Assembly: GCF_000281045.1 (NCBI RefSeq)
Contig: NW_008246104.1
Location: forward strand, 430,809 to 450,808
DNA from: Saprolegnia diclina VS20
Lineage: Eukaryota
Reading direction: 5' to 3'
DNA length: 20,000 bases
Shown here: one piece after another, positions 1 to 11,585 of the stretch
Numbering within the stretch: the first letter of the stretch is position 1
Layout: each line of letters begins with the position of its first letter
Made by a program: the position numbers and the translations under genes
The notes under the pieces: generated by a model
Told to the model about the DNA's origin: nothing
Database searches by the model: none
The model's input: the letters and a program-made list of their open reading frames with translations, nothing else

Positions 1-911
1 TGCCTGCGTTGGCACCAGCGCCGACGAGCTACTGGAAGGTCGCACGTCGGTGCCGGCGTAAGGTCCATCGAGGCGTTCGTCGCACGCGTGACGCAGTGGC
101 GCGCTGCGCCGAGCGCTCGGCTTTGACGTCAGCTCGAATCTGTTTACACAATCAGGCTGCGCACATCGCGTGACGCCCCTTCAAGATACGCGGCCACCAA
201 TTGGACGTCGTGCATACGTAATCGGCGCGACGTGATGACTTGACAAGATGCTGCATCATGCGATGCGGGCGCCGACGCCAAATGATTGCTGAACAGGTCG
301 GGTGGCGCCACGCGGCCCCCGCCTCGAGGCCTCAATACGACATGTACGCCGTTTCCACCTACGAGACTGCTGACGAGATTGCACTTTGGTCGCGGCTACC
401 ATAGCTCCACCAATGCACGCACGTCTTGACTCTTAGCTCTGCAAAGCCGGTATGTGTATTGGTGCACTCGCCCTTGGCGCGGAGCGAGGGTATTGCACTA
501 GTGTCCGTCGATTCGGCGGCAGGAAGTGGCTCATCGATTCTGTGAATCCTATCATGCAGACTGCTATCGAGAACCCTGTGGTGCGACGTCTTGTCCGAGT
601 TCCGCCGTGTTTTGCGTGCAGACGACGCGACGAGTATTGTAGACCGATCCACATATCGTCCAACACCGCATCGTCAAGGTTGTCGTCGCGCCTGTCATCG
701 ATCCGGTTCAGGTGGCAGCAAGTACAAATGCAATGCAAATCGACATGGCCTAGTCGTCGTAGCTAATAATTGCGAGTGTTGTATGCCCTTGGTATATATA
801 TTCGTTCTAGCAACAGCAGCGGTAGCAATACACGCTCCAGTCCTCGTTGGCTCCTCTCGGTGCATCGACGCTGTGATCGTTGGAAGCCATCTCAGATTCT
901 GCCGCCATCGG

Positions 912-951
912 ATTGGTGGAAACCTGTCGAATTTTCAACCGATTGACCAAT
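912..951. promoter_or_regulatory. Putative CCAAT boxes upstream of the PTGES2-like gene
   Basis: ATTGG at 912-916 and CCAAT at 947-951, about 60-100 nt upstream of ATG 1010. Motif match only. Confidence 0.3.
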
Positions 952-1009
952 CATAGCGCAGGCCGTATCTTTAGCACTGGTCGTGGCTGGCGCCGAAGCA
1001 AGTTTCGCG

Positions 1010-1992
1010 ATGTTTCGCCTCCGCAGCAGTATCAACCTGCGCCACCTCGGCGGCGGCCTCGGCCTCATGGCCGCCTACTCGAGCAACTCGGCGTCGCTCC
1101 TCAAGAGCGCCAAGCCGGCCGTGACCTTTTACCAGTACGAGCCGTGCCCGTACTGCTGCAAGACCAAGGCCGTCATGGACTACCTGCAAGTCCCGTACAA
1201 GGTCGTCGAGGTCAACCCGGTCTCGAAGAAGGAGCTCAAGGAGATCACCGACTATGGCAAAGTGCCTGTCGCGGTCATCGACGGCGTCGTACGTGGCGAC
1301 GCTTGGCGAAGAAGCGCTCATGTGCATGATTCTAGGTCGTGCCCAACTCGTCCGACATCATTGCGCACCTTCAGGCCCACGCCGGCCTGCCGCCCGTCGA
1401 GAAGGAGTGGTCCGAGTGGGTCGACATGAAGCTCGTACGTTGCGTCCTTGGCAAGCTCCTCGTCCGATCCTGAATGGATGCGTAGATTACGCTCATGCCG
1501 CCCAACATTTACCGCACTGTGCCCGAGGCGCTCGAAGCGTTCGAGTACTGCTTGACCGAAGGCAACTTTACCGCGTGGGAGCGCCGTCTCTCCAAGTGAG
1601 CTCTCGTAGTCGAGTCGCCTATCATTGCTCATCACTGTGTACTGTAGGTACTCTGGCGCGGCCGCCATGTACCTCATTTCCAAGCGCCTCAAGAAGAAGT
1701 ATGGCATCGAAGACGAGCGCCAAGCGCTGTACGACGTGACGGCCGTGTGGGTACTGTGATCTACTCCACAATGCCGGCTAAGCGCTAGGACGATGTGTAG
1801 CTCGAGGCGATTGGCGACAAGCCATTCTTGGGCGGCGACGAGCCCAACCTCACGGACGTCTCGGTGTTTGGTGTCTTTCGCTCAATCGTCGGCCTCGAGA
1901 CGTTCAAGGATCTCATGACGCACACGCAGCTCCAGCCATGGTTTGAGCGCATGGCGGCCAAGGTCGGTCCGCGCCAGCGCCTCCAAGACTAG
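1010..1992 (+). CDS. PTGES2: Prostaglandin E synthase 2-like protein (glutaredoxin/GST fold), 5 exons
   Basis: Exons 1010-1288, 1336-1434, 1486-1595, 1648-1750 and 1801-1992 join in frame through GT-AG introns of 47-52 nt. Motifs YQYEPCPYCCK, VVEVNP, YGKVPV, PPNIYRT, KYSGAAAMYLISKRLKKKY and PFLGGDEPNLTD match mPGES-2. The Arg/Ser-rich N-terminus resembles a mitochondrial presequence. Confidence 0.92.
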
Positions 1993-2311
1993 GTTTAGAG
2001 TATAATCGCCCCGCTCGAACGCACTGTGCATGTCAAACCACTCTTGATGTACGACATCGGAAGCTGTGTCGTCCTCACGGTGGTGTCAGCGTCGAACGTG
2101 GTCAGCTCGAAAAGACGTGCTCACGTGGTTGTGCTCCTCGTCGTCTCCGAGGCCCGTACTTCGAGTAGGCTGGAATATGCGCTGTCCTCTTCTCAATTTG
2201 CCTAAGGATGGGGGGAGGCTGGTGAGGATCGAACCCTGTGCCAGTGCTCGCACCACAAGGACGCCATCGGACGGGAAATGGGCATGGCATTGTGAATGCA
2301 CCACGTGGAAG

Positions 2312-2495
2312 AGGAGCCTGCGTACGACCTCGCGCGAGCTATGACTCGAGTGGGTTCACCGCGGGATGGACGTCTCCGTACGCAGCTCACTCCCAACGAC
2401 CAAGTTCTAACTCCCACGCATTCAGGCGTAGCGCTACGTAAGCAAAGTCTTGTGTAACAATGAAGATATAACGCGGAACACGTTCATATATATAT
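2312..2495 (+). mobile_element. (TA)n-tailed short retroelement-like copy, body type B (B1)
   Basis: Reverse-complement match to 11914-12098, ending GGAACACGTTCATATATATAT. It sits between two convergent stop codons (1992 and 2538). The 5' boundary is uncertain and may extend towards ~2060. Confidence 0.65.
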
Positions 2496-2537
2496 GTATA
2501 CGACGTGGTAGACACAAGACGGTACAAAATATAGCTA

Positions 2538-4340
2538 TTACACTTGGCTGTACCCGGCGCGGTTGATGCAGTGTTTGGAAGCTGTAAAGCCGACGCCGGC
2601 ACCAAGGACGATACCGCCAAGACCGATCAACGCCATCGTCGTCGCGCCATACCCGCTGCTCTCTGTCGCATCCGTGCCTGTGAGCACGGCTATACACATA
2701 GCATGAGCTTACAAGCAACACGGGGCAAGATGCGTACCTTGCGGGATCGGCATCGCCGTGACGTTGAGCGGCGCAAAGGGCTGCGGCACCTTGCACACGT
2801 TGGGCGCCGTTGCAAACGCCGACATGTCAAGGAACGCCTGGACGGGGCAGAGCTCTACGCGCGTGATGCTACCCTACCGAGTATATACTGACGCGAGGAC
2901 GCACCCGAGGCGCACGCCGAGATCGGCAGCGGCCGGCCTTGGTACAAGAGGCGGAAGAAATGGCTCTTTGTCGACACTTGGTAGTAGAGCTCGAGGCCGA
3001 CGTGGCTAGCGTACGGCACCCACTCGGTCAGGTACGTGTCGCCGCCGAGCGCGGCCAGCAGCGGCATCAACGTCGTATCATGGACTACCAATCGTATGAG
3101 ATGCAAAACGTCGTGGAAAGTGGTGGGTACCTGCCGAGAGGATGAGGCGCGGGCCGTAGCCAGCGATCGCAGCCTGCAACCGCGTGCGAATGCGAGCAAT
3201 GAACGTCGCCATGCCCGTGCGTGCGTACGCGCTGTTCTTGTAGAGGTACTGGAACAGCTGCGCCTTCTCTTCGTGGCTCACCGACCGAAGGTAGAGGTCG
3301 TGGTCCATCCCGTTGGGCAAGATGCGATCGGTGCACCTACACGTGATACGTGAGGTCGGCGAAACGCGCAGAATCCGACTCGTACCGCTGCGTCATGAGG
3401 CAGTCGAAGAGCAGCACGTGGTTGTAGCCCGAAATGTGCGTCTGCAGCTCCTTCTCACATGCCACGTTGGTGGCGTTGGTGGCCCACGCCTTGTACTCGG
3501 CTGACGCCAGCCACTCGGCGTTGATGTCGTTGAGCGCCGGGCAGATGCTCGGGTTGGGTGTCACGAACGACGAACTCAAGTCGTTGGTGTGCCACGGGAT
3601 CGGCGCCGACGTTGTCGCATCCGAAAAAAAGTTTTGTGCAATGATCTACGTGCACAATGTTGTCATATATGTGACATCATCCAGCAAGTTCGAGCGTACC
3701 ATGCCCGAGTTGACCGTGCGCTGCATGTCGGTGCTTTCGAAAAAGACATCTAGCACCATAGCCGTCAACCTCAGTTGCTCACGCATGACGAGCCTACCCG
3801 AGGTGTTGGTCAAGTCGACGGCTGCGCCAGCTTGGAAGAGCGAGAGCGGTCCGGTCCCGACATACGCCTTGCGAAAGTTGCTACAAGCGCCATGAGCCCA
3901 CGATCCCATGCAGCATTAGGATGGACGTACGCGCCGTTGCGCTGTTGCTGGAAATAGCCTTCGTCAACCATTTGGCCGAGGAGGCAGTTGCCGGGGTAGG
4001 CGTTGCTGCCAGCAACGTACGTCTTGTCGAACACGAGGGTCGGCGACGCGCCGCTGCTCTGGGCGTGCAAGACAGGCGTCACTTGATCGCGGATGTTGCA
4101 GGTCCACGACTCGTTGTAGCCGTCCCAGCACTTGCCGTCGCTGAACGGCGTGCGCGCGCCGTGGCGCACCATCATCTGCACGTGCACGAGCGTCATGCTC
4201 GCCGCTTGCGGATCAGCGACCGGCTGGATGGCCGCCATGGCCATGTCCTTGGCACAGTAGCGCGGGTAGCCCGTGTGGTCGACGACGACTGCCGACGCCA
4301 GCGCGAGGCCCGCAGCAAGGAGGCTACCGACAGAGAGCAT
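2538..4340 (-). CDS. Histidine acid phosphatase (branch 2, lysosomal acid phosphatase-like), type I membrane, paralog 1, 8 exons
   Basis: ATG at 4340 (MLSVGSLLAAGLALASA, signal peptide). Motifs VRHGARTP, CLLGQM, FESTD..RT, VHDTTL and WVPYAS. Introns 3881-3930, 3750-3797, 3646-3699, 3337-3385, 3085-3130, 2855-2904 and 2690-2737 restore one frame ending in TM (MALIGLGGIVLGAGVGFTA) then KHCINRAGYSQV*. Confidence 0.92.
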
Positions 4341-4844
4341 GGTCGACGTGTGGCGCAGGATGTCAAATGGCACATCGGATGGGATCCTGCCGCCAGCCTC
4401 CCAGCAGCTCAGATTTTTTCGAACCGAAAACGAATCTTCGGCTGATTTGTCCGGTTAGCGTTCCGGTTGCCATTGAGTGGCATCGGTCGATCACCTTGAA
4501 CTTGACAATGTGAAATAGTGTACGACACGTCGGCTGGCGTGGAAACCAGGCGCCATTTTGCTTGGTGCACCGTGCAAGCAAGCCCGAATACGTAGCAAAT
4601 GCGTAAACACGCACACTGTAGTCAGGCGGTACATGTGGTTATTGCGCAAACGCAGACTCGTGGAGGAGGGAAGTTGACATGCAAAACGTACGGAAATACT
4701 GTGAGAAAGCTCTGTCAAATTGGCGCGAGGGCTGCGCTGCCGACGCGACAAGAATCCCTCCACGGTGCTCCCGGAGCTAATCGCTTGCGTGCGACGTGTG
4801 GCAGCCATGAAGCTGGGTATGCCATGGCGTCAGCCTCGTCATGC

Positions 4845-4975
4845 CTCACTCGACCAGACTGGCACGTGCAAAGAGTTGGCCTCAACGCCATCGAGATTCG
4901 CTGGCGATCTAGCTGCAAGGTACTGGACGCCACGCGCCTCCAGCTGCACGATCAGCTTTGGTGCTCTGCACGGAG
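4845..4975 (+). pseudogene. Possible decayed IS630/Tc1-like DDE transposase C-terminal relic
   Basis: LTRPDWHVQRVG-LNAIEIRW followed, after a frameshift, by AARYWTPRASSCTISFGALH. From recall this resembles the 'QPDF..Q...LNPIE..WGAAKRY.R..C.YSF..L' block of fungal/oomycete DDE proteins. Unverified. Confidence 0.25.
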
Positions 4976-5189
4976 AAAGGCCCACGCGACACCGTGCTTG
5001 GACACAGATGAGAAGCAAGGTGCGCTCGAGTAAAATACTCCAGAAAGGAAAGGAGAACGCCAAACTCGAAGGCAGACGACGAGCAGCACCCCGTCCGCTG
5101 ACACCGACGCGCACGAGAATCAAGGACAGAACCCAAAGCGAAGCAAGTCCCACCACCCGACACCACAAAACAAAGTTGATTCGGAACGC

Positions 5190-6841
5190 CTACACCATGC
5201 TGTAGCCGGCGCGGGCGCGGGCCGTGATCACGTGGCCGATCGCGACACCGGCGGCGACACCGGCCGTGATACCCAGCACGAGCGTCACTGTTGAAAACGT
5301 CGTTGGGGGACCTACACGTCATATGCAGCCTCCATGGCGATACACACACAGGACGTACTTGTCTTGGGGGTGGGAACCCGGGGCGCGACAGCGCAAATAC
5401 TCGTGTTGGTCGCAAACGACGTCATGGCGAAGAAGTCGCTCGATCGACAGAGTTCGGTCACGCAGCCAGGCACGGGCAGCGGCTTGCCTTGGTACAGCAG
5501 TCGAAAGTAATAGTCGGTTGTGGCGTTTTCGTAGTAGACTTCCAGCGCCACGTGGCTTGCGTACGGCACCCACTCGGTGAGGTACGTCGGGCCGCCAAGC
5601 GCCGCCAGTAGCGGGTTGAGCGTCGAGTCGTGCACTAATTCCATGGAATTTTGATATAATACTGCAGGAAAGACCATGATACGTACCGATCGAGAGGTAG
5701 AAGCGGGGGCCGACGCCGGCCATGGCGGCCTCAAAGCGACTCCGCATCTGCGCCACGAGCCGCGCGCTGGCCGTGCGTGCGTAAATGTTGTCGCGAAAGT
5801 AGTAGGGCAGGAGCGCCGACGTCTCGAGCTTGTTGACCATCGCATGGAAGAAGTCGAGCGTCATGTTGTTGGGCAGCGTCCGGTTCGTGCAGCGCTGCGT
5901 CATGAGGCAGTCGAAGAGGATGTCGTTGCGGTACCCCGGGGCATACGCCGCCAACTGTGCCTCGAGCGCTCCGTTGGAGGCGTTGGTGACCCAGTTGTGG
6001 AACTCGTTGGACGCTTGCCATTGGCCACCGAGCACGTTCATGGCAGGACACAAGTCGGCACTGGGCACGAGCGCCGAGACACCAATGTCGCCCGTATGGA
6101 AGGGCACCGCGTCCGACGAGCTGTTGGGAAACATATTTTGGACAATGATCTAGACATGACGATATTTCCATCAGCATAGGATGGACAAGTTGTCGTATCG
6201 TACGTAGCCCGAGCCGACGGTGCGGTGGACGTCGGTGCTTTCGAAATACACATCTATGGCGCTCGAGTAAGATGGCGAGTACAAAGGTAGAGAGGTGCCT
6301 TTGGAGGTGGCGAGGTCAAGGGGCTCGTCGACCTGGAAGAGCGCACGGTGGCCACGACCCACGTACGCAGCCTGAAAGTTCCTATCGCGTGGCGTCATGC
6401 TTGGCGAAACGCAGCGATTGAGACAGCGTACGCGCCGTTCTGCTGTTGCTGTGTGTAGCCTTCGTCGAGGAGCTGCCCGAGGAGGCACGTGCCCTTGAAG
6501 ACGTTTTGACCGTCTGTGTAGATCTTGTCAAAGGTCATGTTGCTCGGTACGTCATCGGCCGTGTGCAGGACGGGCGCCATGCGATCGCGGAGCTGGCAGT
6601 TCCACGCTTCGTTGTATCCGTTCCAGCATTTCTGCCAGCTATACGGCGTGCGCGCGCCGTGGCGCACGAGCAGTTGGACGTGCTGAAGCGTGAGCGACGC
6701 CATACGTGGGTCGGTCACGGGCTGCACCTTGGAAAATGCCATGTCTTTGCCGCAGTAGCGCGGGTAGCCACCAGCGTCGAGCTCGACGCCTGCCACGAGG
6801 GCTGCCGCGAGGAGCGCGCTTGTCGTGAGGACCGAGATCAT
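5190..6841 (-). CDS. Histidine acid phosphatase paralog 2, type I membrane, 6 exons
   Basis: ATG at 6841 (MISVLTTSALLAAALVAG). Motifs VRHGARTP, VHDSTL and WVPYAS. Introns 6382-6431, 6254-6298 (GC donor), 6150-6203, 5635-5686 and 5312-5358. Ends in TM (VTLVLGITAGVAAGVAIGHVIT) then ARARAGYSMV*. Confidence 0.92.
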
Positions 6842-7106
6842 CCTCGTCGTCAATGGAAGTCGGGAAATGGCGAAGGAGGAAGTTGGATGCCATCCGCGCA
6901 GCTGGGTCGATGCGGACGACTTGGATACCGCCTGTTCTTCGTCACATGGCGTAAATGCTTTTTACGACATAATTGTGTCGACGTATAGATACGAATAGCA
7001 ACATAAAAGACGAAAAAGGGCGTTGAAAATGAAATACGACGTGGCGCCAGCGACTTGTTGAAGTTCTATCGATTATCCGGATGACACGCTGACATTGAAG
7101 TTGCCT

Positions 7107-7463
7107 CACTGAGGGGCTCGGTCATCGAGGTGGGTACTCAGACGGCAGGAAGGCTATGGACATAAACTAGCCCCTCGACCAGCTCCCTCGACCTGAATGC
7201 ACCGGTATATATATATATGAGCGTGTTTTGCGTTATCTTCATAGTTACACAAAGACTTCGCATACGTAGAGACTAGCAATCTCCTTCTTCTTTTGCTCGC
7301 CGGGCCGTGGCTGCGCAGGCGGCGGCGCGGGGGCTCGTCTGGCTCTTCTGTCGTCGCCCTACGACGCTAGTGGCCGCGGGAGAGGCACTGGACGACAAGG
7401 CCAGTAAAACGCTTCCTGGTGTCGCGGTCGGCGGCATAGCTACGCCGTTTGTCAAGATCCTCG
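7107..7463. repeat. Dispersed duplicated block (copy of 14901-15245) containing element copy A1
   Basis: Close direct match from CACTGAGGGGCTCGGTCATCG to GTCAAGATCCTCG. Confidence 0.9.
7206..7463 (-). mobile_element. (TA)n-tailed short retroelement-like copy, body type A (A1)
   Basis: TA run at 7206-7218, then the conserved module GAGCGTGTTTTGCGTTATCTTCATAGTTACACAAAGACTTCGCATACGTAG and a body shared with 15050-15245. Confidence 0.6.
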
Positions 7464-7679
7464 AGAGACGCCAGCGACTGAGGCGGCGTCAGCGACTGGA
7501 GGTCGCGGTGCAGGACGATTGGCAGCGTGGTCTTGGTGCGCCCTAAGGAAACGTGGCCTAGACGCCGTTAGCGCTGGTGGGCGACGATAGCACTCACCGG
7601 TTCACCGGTTCGCCGTCGCAGCGACCGTAGAGCGCGACGTCGGCAAGAGTGTTCGCGTGGAAGATCCCGAGCAGTCGAC

Positions 7680-8925
7680 GCAGCTGCCGGTGATGGAAGG
7701 CCCAGGGCCTCAATCTCACGGACGTGAGCATCGGCTTCGCCGTTGGCAAGGTCGCGGCAGCGCATGCGGTTTCTGTGCATGACGAGGTTCCGTTCAATGC
7801 GGAGATTTTTGGCCAACTCGTATTCGCTACCAGCACGGGCCCCGATATGACGGAGACGTGGACGTTGGACGAGCTCGGCCGCGTTACCGAGAGATGCGGC
7901 AGGCGACTCGCGCAGTGACAGAAAGGACACCATAGAGGTGAGCTTCATATGATACATGCGCTGCTCAGGAGACGTCTGGAGTACCAGCCAGGCCGCGCGT
8001 CGCTGGACAAGACCAGACGTGCACGCGTTGGGCGTCCTCTATGACCATCCTTACTTCGACCAGTTGGTAGTCAACCAACGACAACATGGAGACTCAGTGC
8101 GACGCCGTCAACGACAAGCCAGCAGCGCGATCCAAGCCACCCGCGTCCGAAATCGTAGCTCGTATTTGGCGCATGTAGAGGTCGCGAGAGACGCGACTTG
8201 AGATCTACACCGTACACTAATGCTGCTCGACTTGGGAGGTTCAGCCGGCAGCAACTGCGTCCGCTCGCCAGTGGTCACTACTAGTACCCGCGAACGACGC
8301 TTGGTACGAGGGCTGCCATACCAAGCCGCTTCGGTCCCGGTTCGCTCAAGCTCAGTGGGGCCTTTTTGGTCACATCCTTCGTAGCGCACCCGACATCCCG
8401 ACCAACGGCGCGATGGGTGGGCACGTCAGTCGCTCCGGCGCTGTACCGTAGCCTGCCCGCCTCATGAAGACGTAGCCACGCGTGCTCGTCGCCGATCTCG
8501 CAATTGTCCCGTCTTTCGAGTCGCACCTCGTCGCCATGGCGCAGAACAAGGAGCTTGGAACCGAGCTGACGGAGGCGATCGTGGGCGTCCCCACGCACGA
8601 CGCTGTCGAATGAAACTTCCGTGCAGATCGCGACCATCCTCCTGCATTGACAGCTCATATCCGGCATTGCTGTGTTGATTATCGCCAATAAACGTCATAC
8701 TACCTATCTATCTACGCATGTGTCTCGGGCTCTACGACGGCCATGAAGCCCGACGATGTAATCAAGACGCACGATCGTGTCGTCGACGCGTACGGCAAGG
8801 CGGCTGTGAAGCGTCAGACGCGGGCCACAATCTTAAGGGATGAGCCCGCTCCTGAACCAGCAGTCCAAGAAGCTCGATCTGGCTTGGGCACGGGCCTATT
8901 CTTCAAGATGATGGCCCGCGCTTGA
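7680..8925 (+). pseudogene. Decayed coding relics of unknown family
   Basis: Codon-like stretches broken by stops and frameshifts, e.g. KAQGLNLTDVSIGFAVGKV, VLVADLAIVPSFESHLVAMAQNKELGTELTEAIVG and MKPDDVIKTHDRVVDAYGK. No recognisable domain. Confidence 0.2.
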
Positions 8926-9720
8926 CGCTTCTTGGCCGCCTTGCCGTGCGCGTCTTGATTTCATTAATGGCCTTCATGGCCGCTGCAGAGCCCGAGACGA
9001 CGTTGAACGGCCCGAGCATTGCTGGGCGACTCGCGCCGGCCGGAGGACGCGACGACCCGGCGCTTCCTGGCTGCGGGGTCACGAGCTCCAAACGCACTTG
9101 GTCCTTCGCGAGCGTGCGGCGGAGCGAGGTTGGCACCGACACGGGCGTCGAAGACCGTATATTGAGCACTGGTAGTACATGTGGAGAAGTGGCTACTGGC
9201 GTTGGGTGCTTGCAGTAGCTTGAGAACGTTGGGTCGTACCCTCCGACCACGTTCTATCCACGTGGTCGGGCTGGATACTATGGATCGGGTGGGGTGGATG
9301 GGGCAGGAAACCAGAATCGCGCCATAGCTGCTCTCTGGGACGTGGCGGACGAGGGGATGAGTTCGATTGCAACTGCAACCGTGGACGAAGGCTCCTCGAG
9401 ACGCTGTGCGCTGGTGGGCCGCATCGTCGTCATTAAGAGCGTGCTTGAGGATCGAAGAGAGGACTTAACTTGGTGCCTTTGAGAAAGACCACGTACTAGC
9501 AAACGTACTCGGTCGGTGCCGCTTGGTCGGCTCCCGTCGACGCGACCGCCGAGAGAAGAAGACGGCGCAACGGAATGCGTCGATAGACGTCCGACGTGAC
9601 GCGCTGGAGACTGTCATCGAGAAAGCAAAGCAGCGCTGGACGACATAGGCGGACTCGCTGCGTGTGAGCCAAAAGAGGCCATGCGACTCGATGACGGCGA
9701 TGGCTTGGCGTCCATCATGT

Positions 9721-9975
9721 TGCGGATCGCAAGCTTCTTGGTGGCTTGGCCTTTGGCTGTGGATCTGGGCACTGGAGAGAGTGCACTCTCGGAAGCGCGG
9801 CTTGGCAGCGGCTCCTGCCGCGTCGGACGTGTCGTGGCCTTCCATCAATGCATCGCGCTCTGCCTAGAATCGGGCTCGGAGCTGACTCAGCCCAACCGTG
9901 AAACGCTGTTCCAAACAGAATTTAGGACCGACTTTGCACAAGCTATTCGCTACGAAATCCATCGGAACCAACATT
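9721..9975. repeat. Diverged direct repeat, copy 1 (copy 2 at ~13235-13470)
   Basis: Shared blocks in the same order: GCGGATCGCRAGCTTCTTG, CTCGGAAGCGCRGCTTGGC, TGGCCTTCC, GAAACGCTGTTYCAAACAG, CGCTWCGAAATCC. Confidence 0.75.
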
Positions 9976-10122
9976 AAATGTATCTTTCCATTAATCCACT
10001 GGTACTAGAGTATACGGAAGAGGGTACGCTTCCTGACACGCTATGGCCGCGACAGTGAGCGCGAATCACATATGCAGACGCTTGACGCTAGGTACGAAGG
10101 TTGGACGACACATCGGTGGCGC

Positions 10123-10650
10123 CTACAGCTCGTCTCGGCTGCTCGTTGGGCCCGCGTTCAACCTCGCCCTTGAGTCGGTGGTCGCACTGGCCACGCATTC
10201 GACGGAATTGCTCCCGTCACAGTGAGAGGTTGAGTAGCTGCTGAGCCAGAAAGCGGCGCCGATAACACCAAAGCCGCCCACGATCAAGTACCACGAAGGC
10301 AGCAAGTATTGTGTCGGCCAGATCGCGACAGCCGCGTTGACAACGAGAGCCAAGTGGATGCCGTCGACTTGGAGCGACAAGATCGCAAGCGTCCAACGAC
10401 CGATGTCCCGCATAGAGCGAGCCCTCGAGCGCGCCCCAAGCTGGTCCTTGCCTCAAGCCTCGAATGAATATGCATGTAGTAAGTGTTCATACCATGGAGG
10501 TTCACATGCTCGTGCACCTACAAAAGCGGAGGAGGCAAATAGAACGACTTGAGAATAGACGTACGTCTTTCACCTCCATCAGCGCGTCCGCGATGCGGAT
10601 CACGCGGGCCATCATCCACTGTGGGAGCGGCACCGTCAGCAAGGACTGCC
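10123..10650 (-). pseudogene. Possible spliced membrane-protein gene relic
   Basis: Hydrophobic segment WTLAILSLQVDGIHLALVVNAAVAIWPTQYLLPSWYLIVGGFGVIGAAFWL, with upstream intron-like GTACGT...TTTTGTAG and GTATGA donors. The frames do not join cleanly. Confidence 0.3.
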
Positions 10651-11585
10651 TACACGTGTAAATTAGCTTTGACCATGAGCAAAGGAGGAAGTAGGCGGTG
10701 GAGCGCGCGAGGCTCATTGTTGCGGCGCTCGGTGTTTTCCTAAATGAAGCTGCAGAGGAAATGCGCCGTTCAAGTCACATCGATCTCGTAGGAATTTCAT
10801 TTCAGAAAGTGGCGCCAATATCTCATCCGACGCATTCTGATCTGACGAACAAGACTAAGCGTACGGCTTTCTCGACTGTCACTTCGTCGCCTGCGTGGCC
10901 TCATCGCTTCCGCTACGCTTCACTACGCAGCAGTGCCTGGTGCCATGGGGTAGTAAGACGTCCAAGTAGGACGCAAGCAGGTGAGCCGTCGGGCTGCCAC
11001 GTCATCAGATCTCCTCCAGCACATGTACTAGTATCGCTGCGCCTTGTCGCCTCAACACACGCGCCACATCTTCTTCATCTTCTCTCGTCGTTGCATCCAA
11101 AAGAAGGCCACGAACGATCACTCATGGGTACGCACTTGCACTTGCCTCGCTGCCTCAGGAAGTGCATACCGTAAGAAGTATCTCTCCATCTCGATCACTA
11201 TTCTTCTGCCACCAGTTCTTGAAAGCGACTGCCGTACTGACGAGGCGAGCGGCGTATGCGAGATGCTACGGGTGGTGACGCACCCGGCAACTCGCGCAGC
11301 AACACGAAGACGCCAAGGAAAAGCTTGATCGGCTCTCGAGTCTTTTCAAGTTCCCGCCGGGCCGTGCGTCGCTGGCCCAGATCCAGCTCACCGCCGTGGT
11401 GCACAAGCTGTGCGAGCACGGCGACTTGACGTCGGCAGCTGCGCCGCACACTTGACGTTGTGCTGGAAGCCCACTCGCGATACCAAACGTACGGTGTTCT
11501 TCAACCTGAGGTACGAGGAAGACAATGCGGCCCGTATTTGATGCCGCATGTACAGGTTGCGTTCGGTCTCTACTCCCAAACGCGT

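Noticed and set aside
1..900. Short ORFs upstream of the PTGES2-like gene
   Set aside because: No coherent spliced model or recognisable domain.
2047..2508. ATGTACGACAT vs ATGTATACGACGT as TSD of B1
   Set aside because: Too degenerate to call.
3921..4445. Long plus-strand ORFs over the phosphatase genes (also 5676-6179, 6446-6988) and minus ORFs over PTGES2
   Set aside because: These are antisense shadow ORFs caused by GC3-rich codon usage.
7107..7116. CACTG start of the duplicated block as a CACTA/CMC terminus
   Set aside because: No matching inverted terminus (CCCCTCAGTG) was found. The second copy's start is simply the gap edge.
7045..7479. 11-bp direct repeat CGCCAGCGACT (7045-7055, 7469-7479) as TSD of the A1 block
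   Set aside because: It is GC-rich, has a near third copy at ~7484, and partly overlaps sequence homologous to A2. Chance cannot be excluded.
7988..8008. PGRASL-encoding 21-mer similar to ~11356-11376
   Set aside because: The similarity does not convincingly extend, so homology is unsupported.
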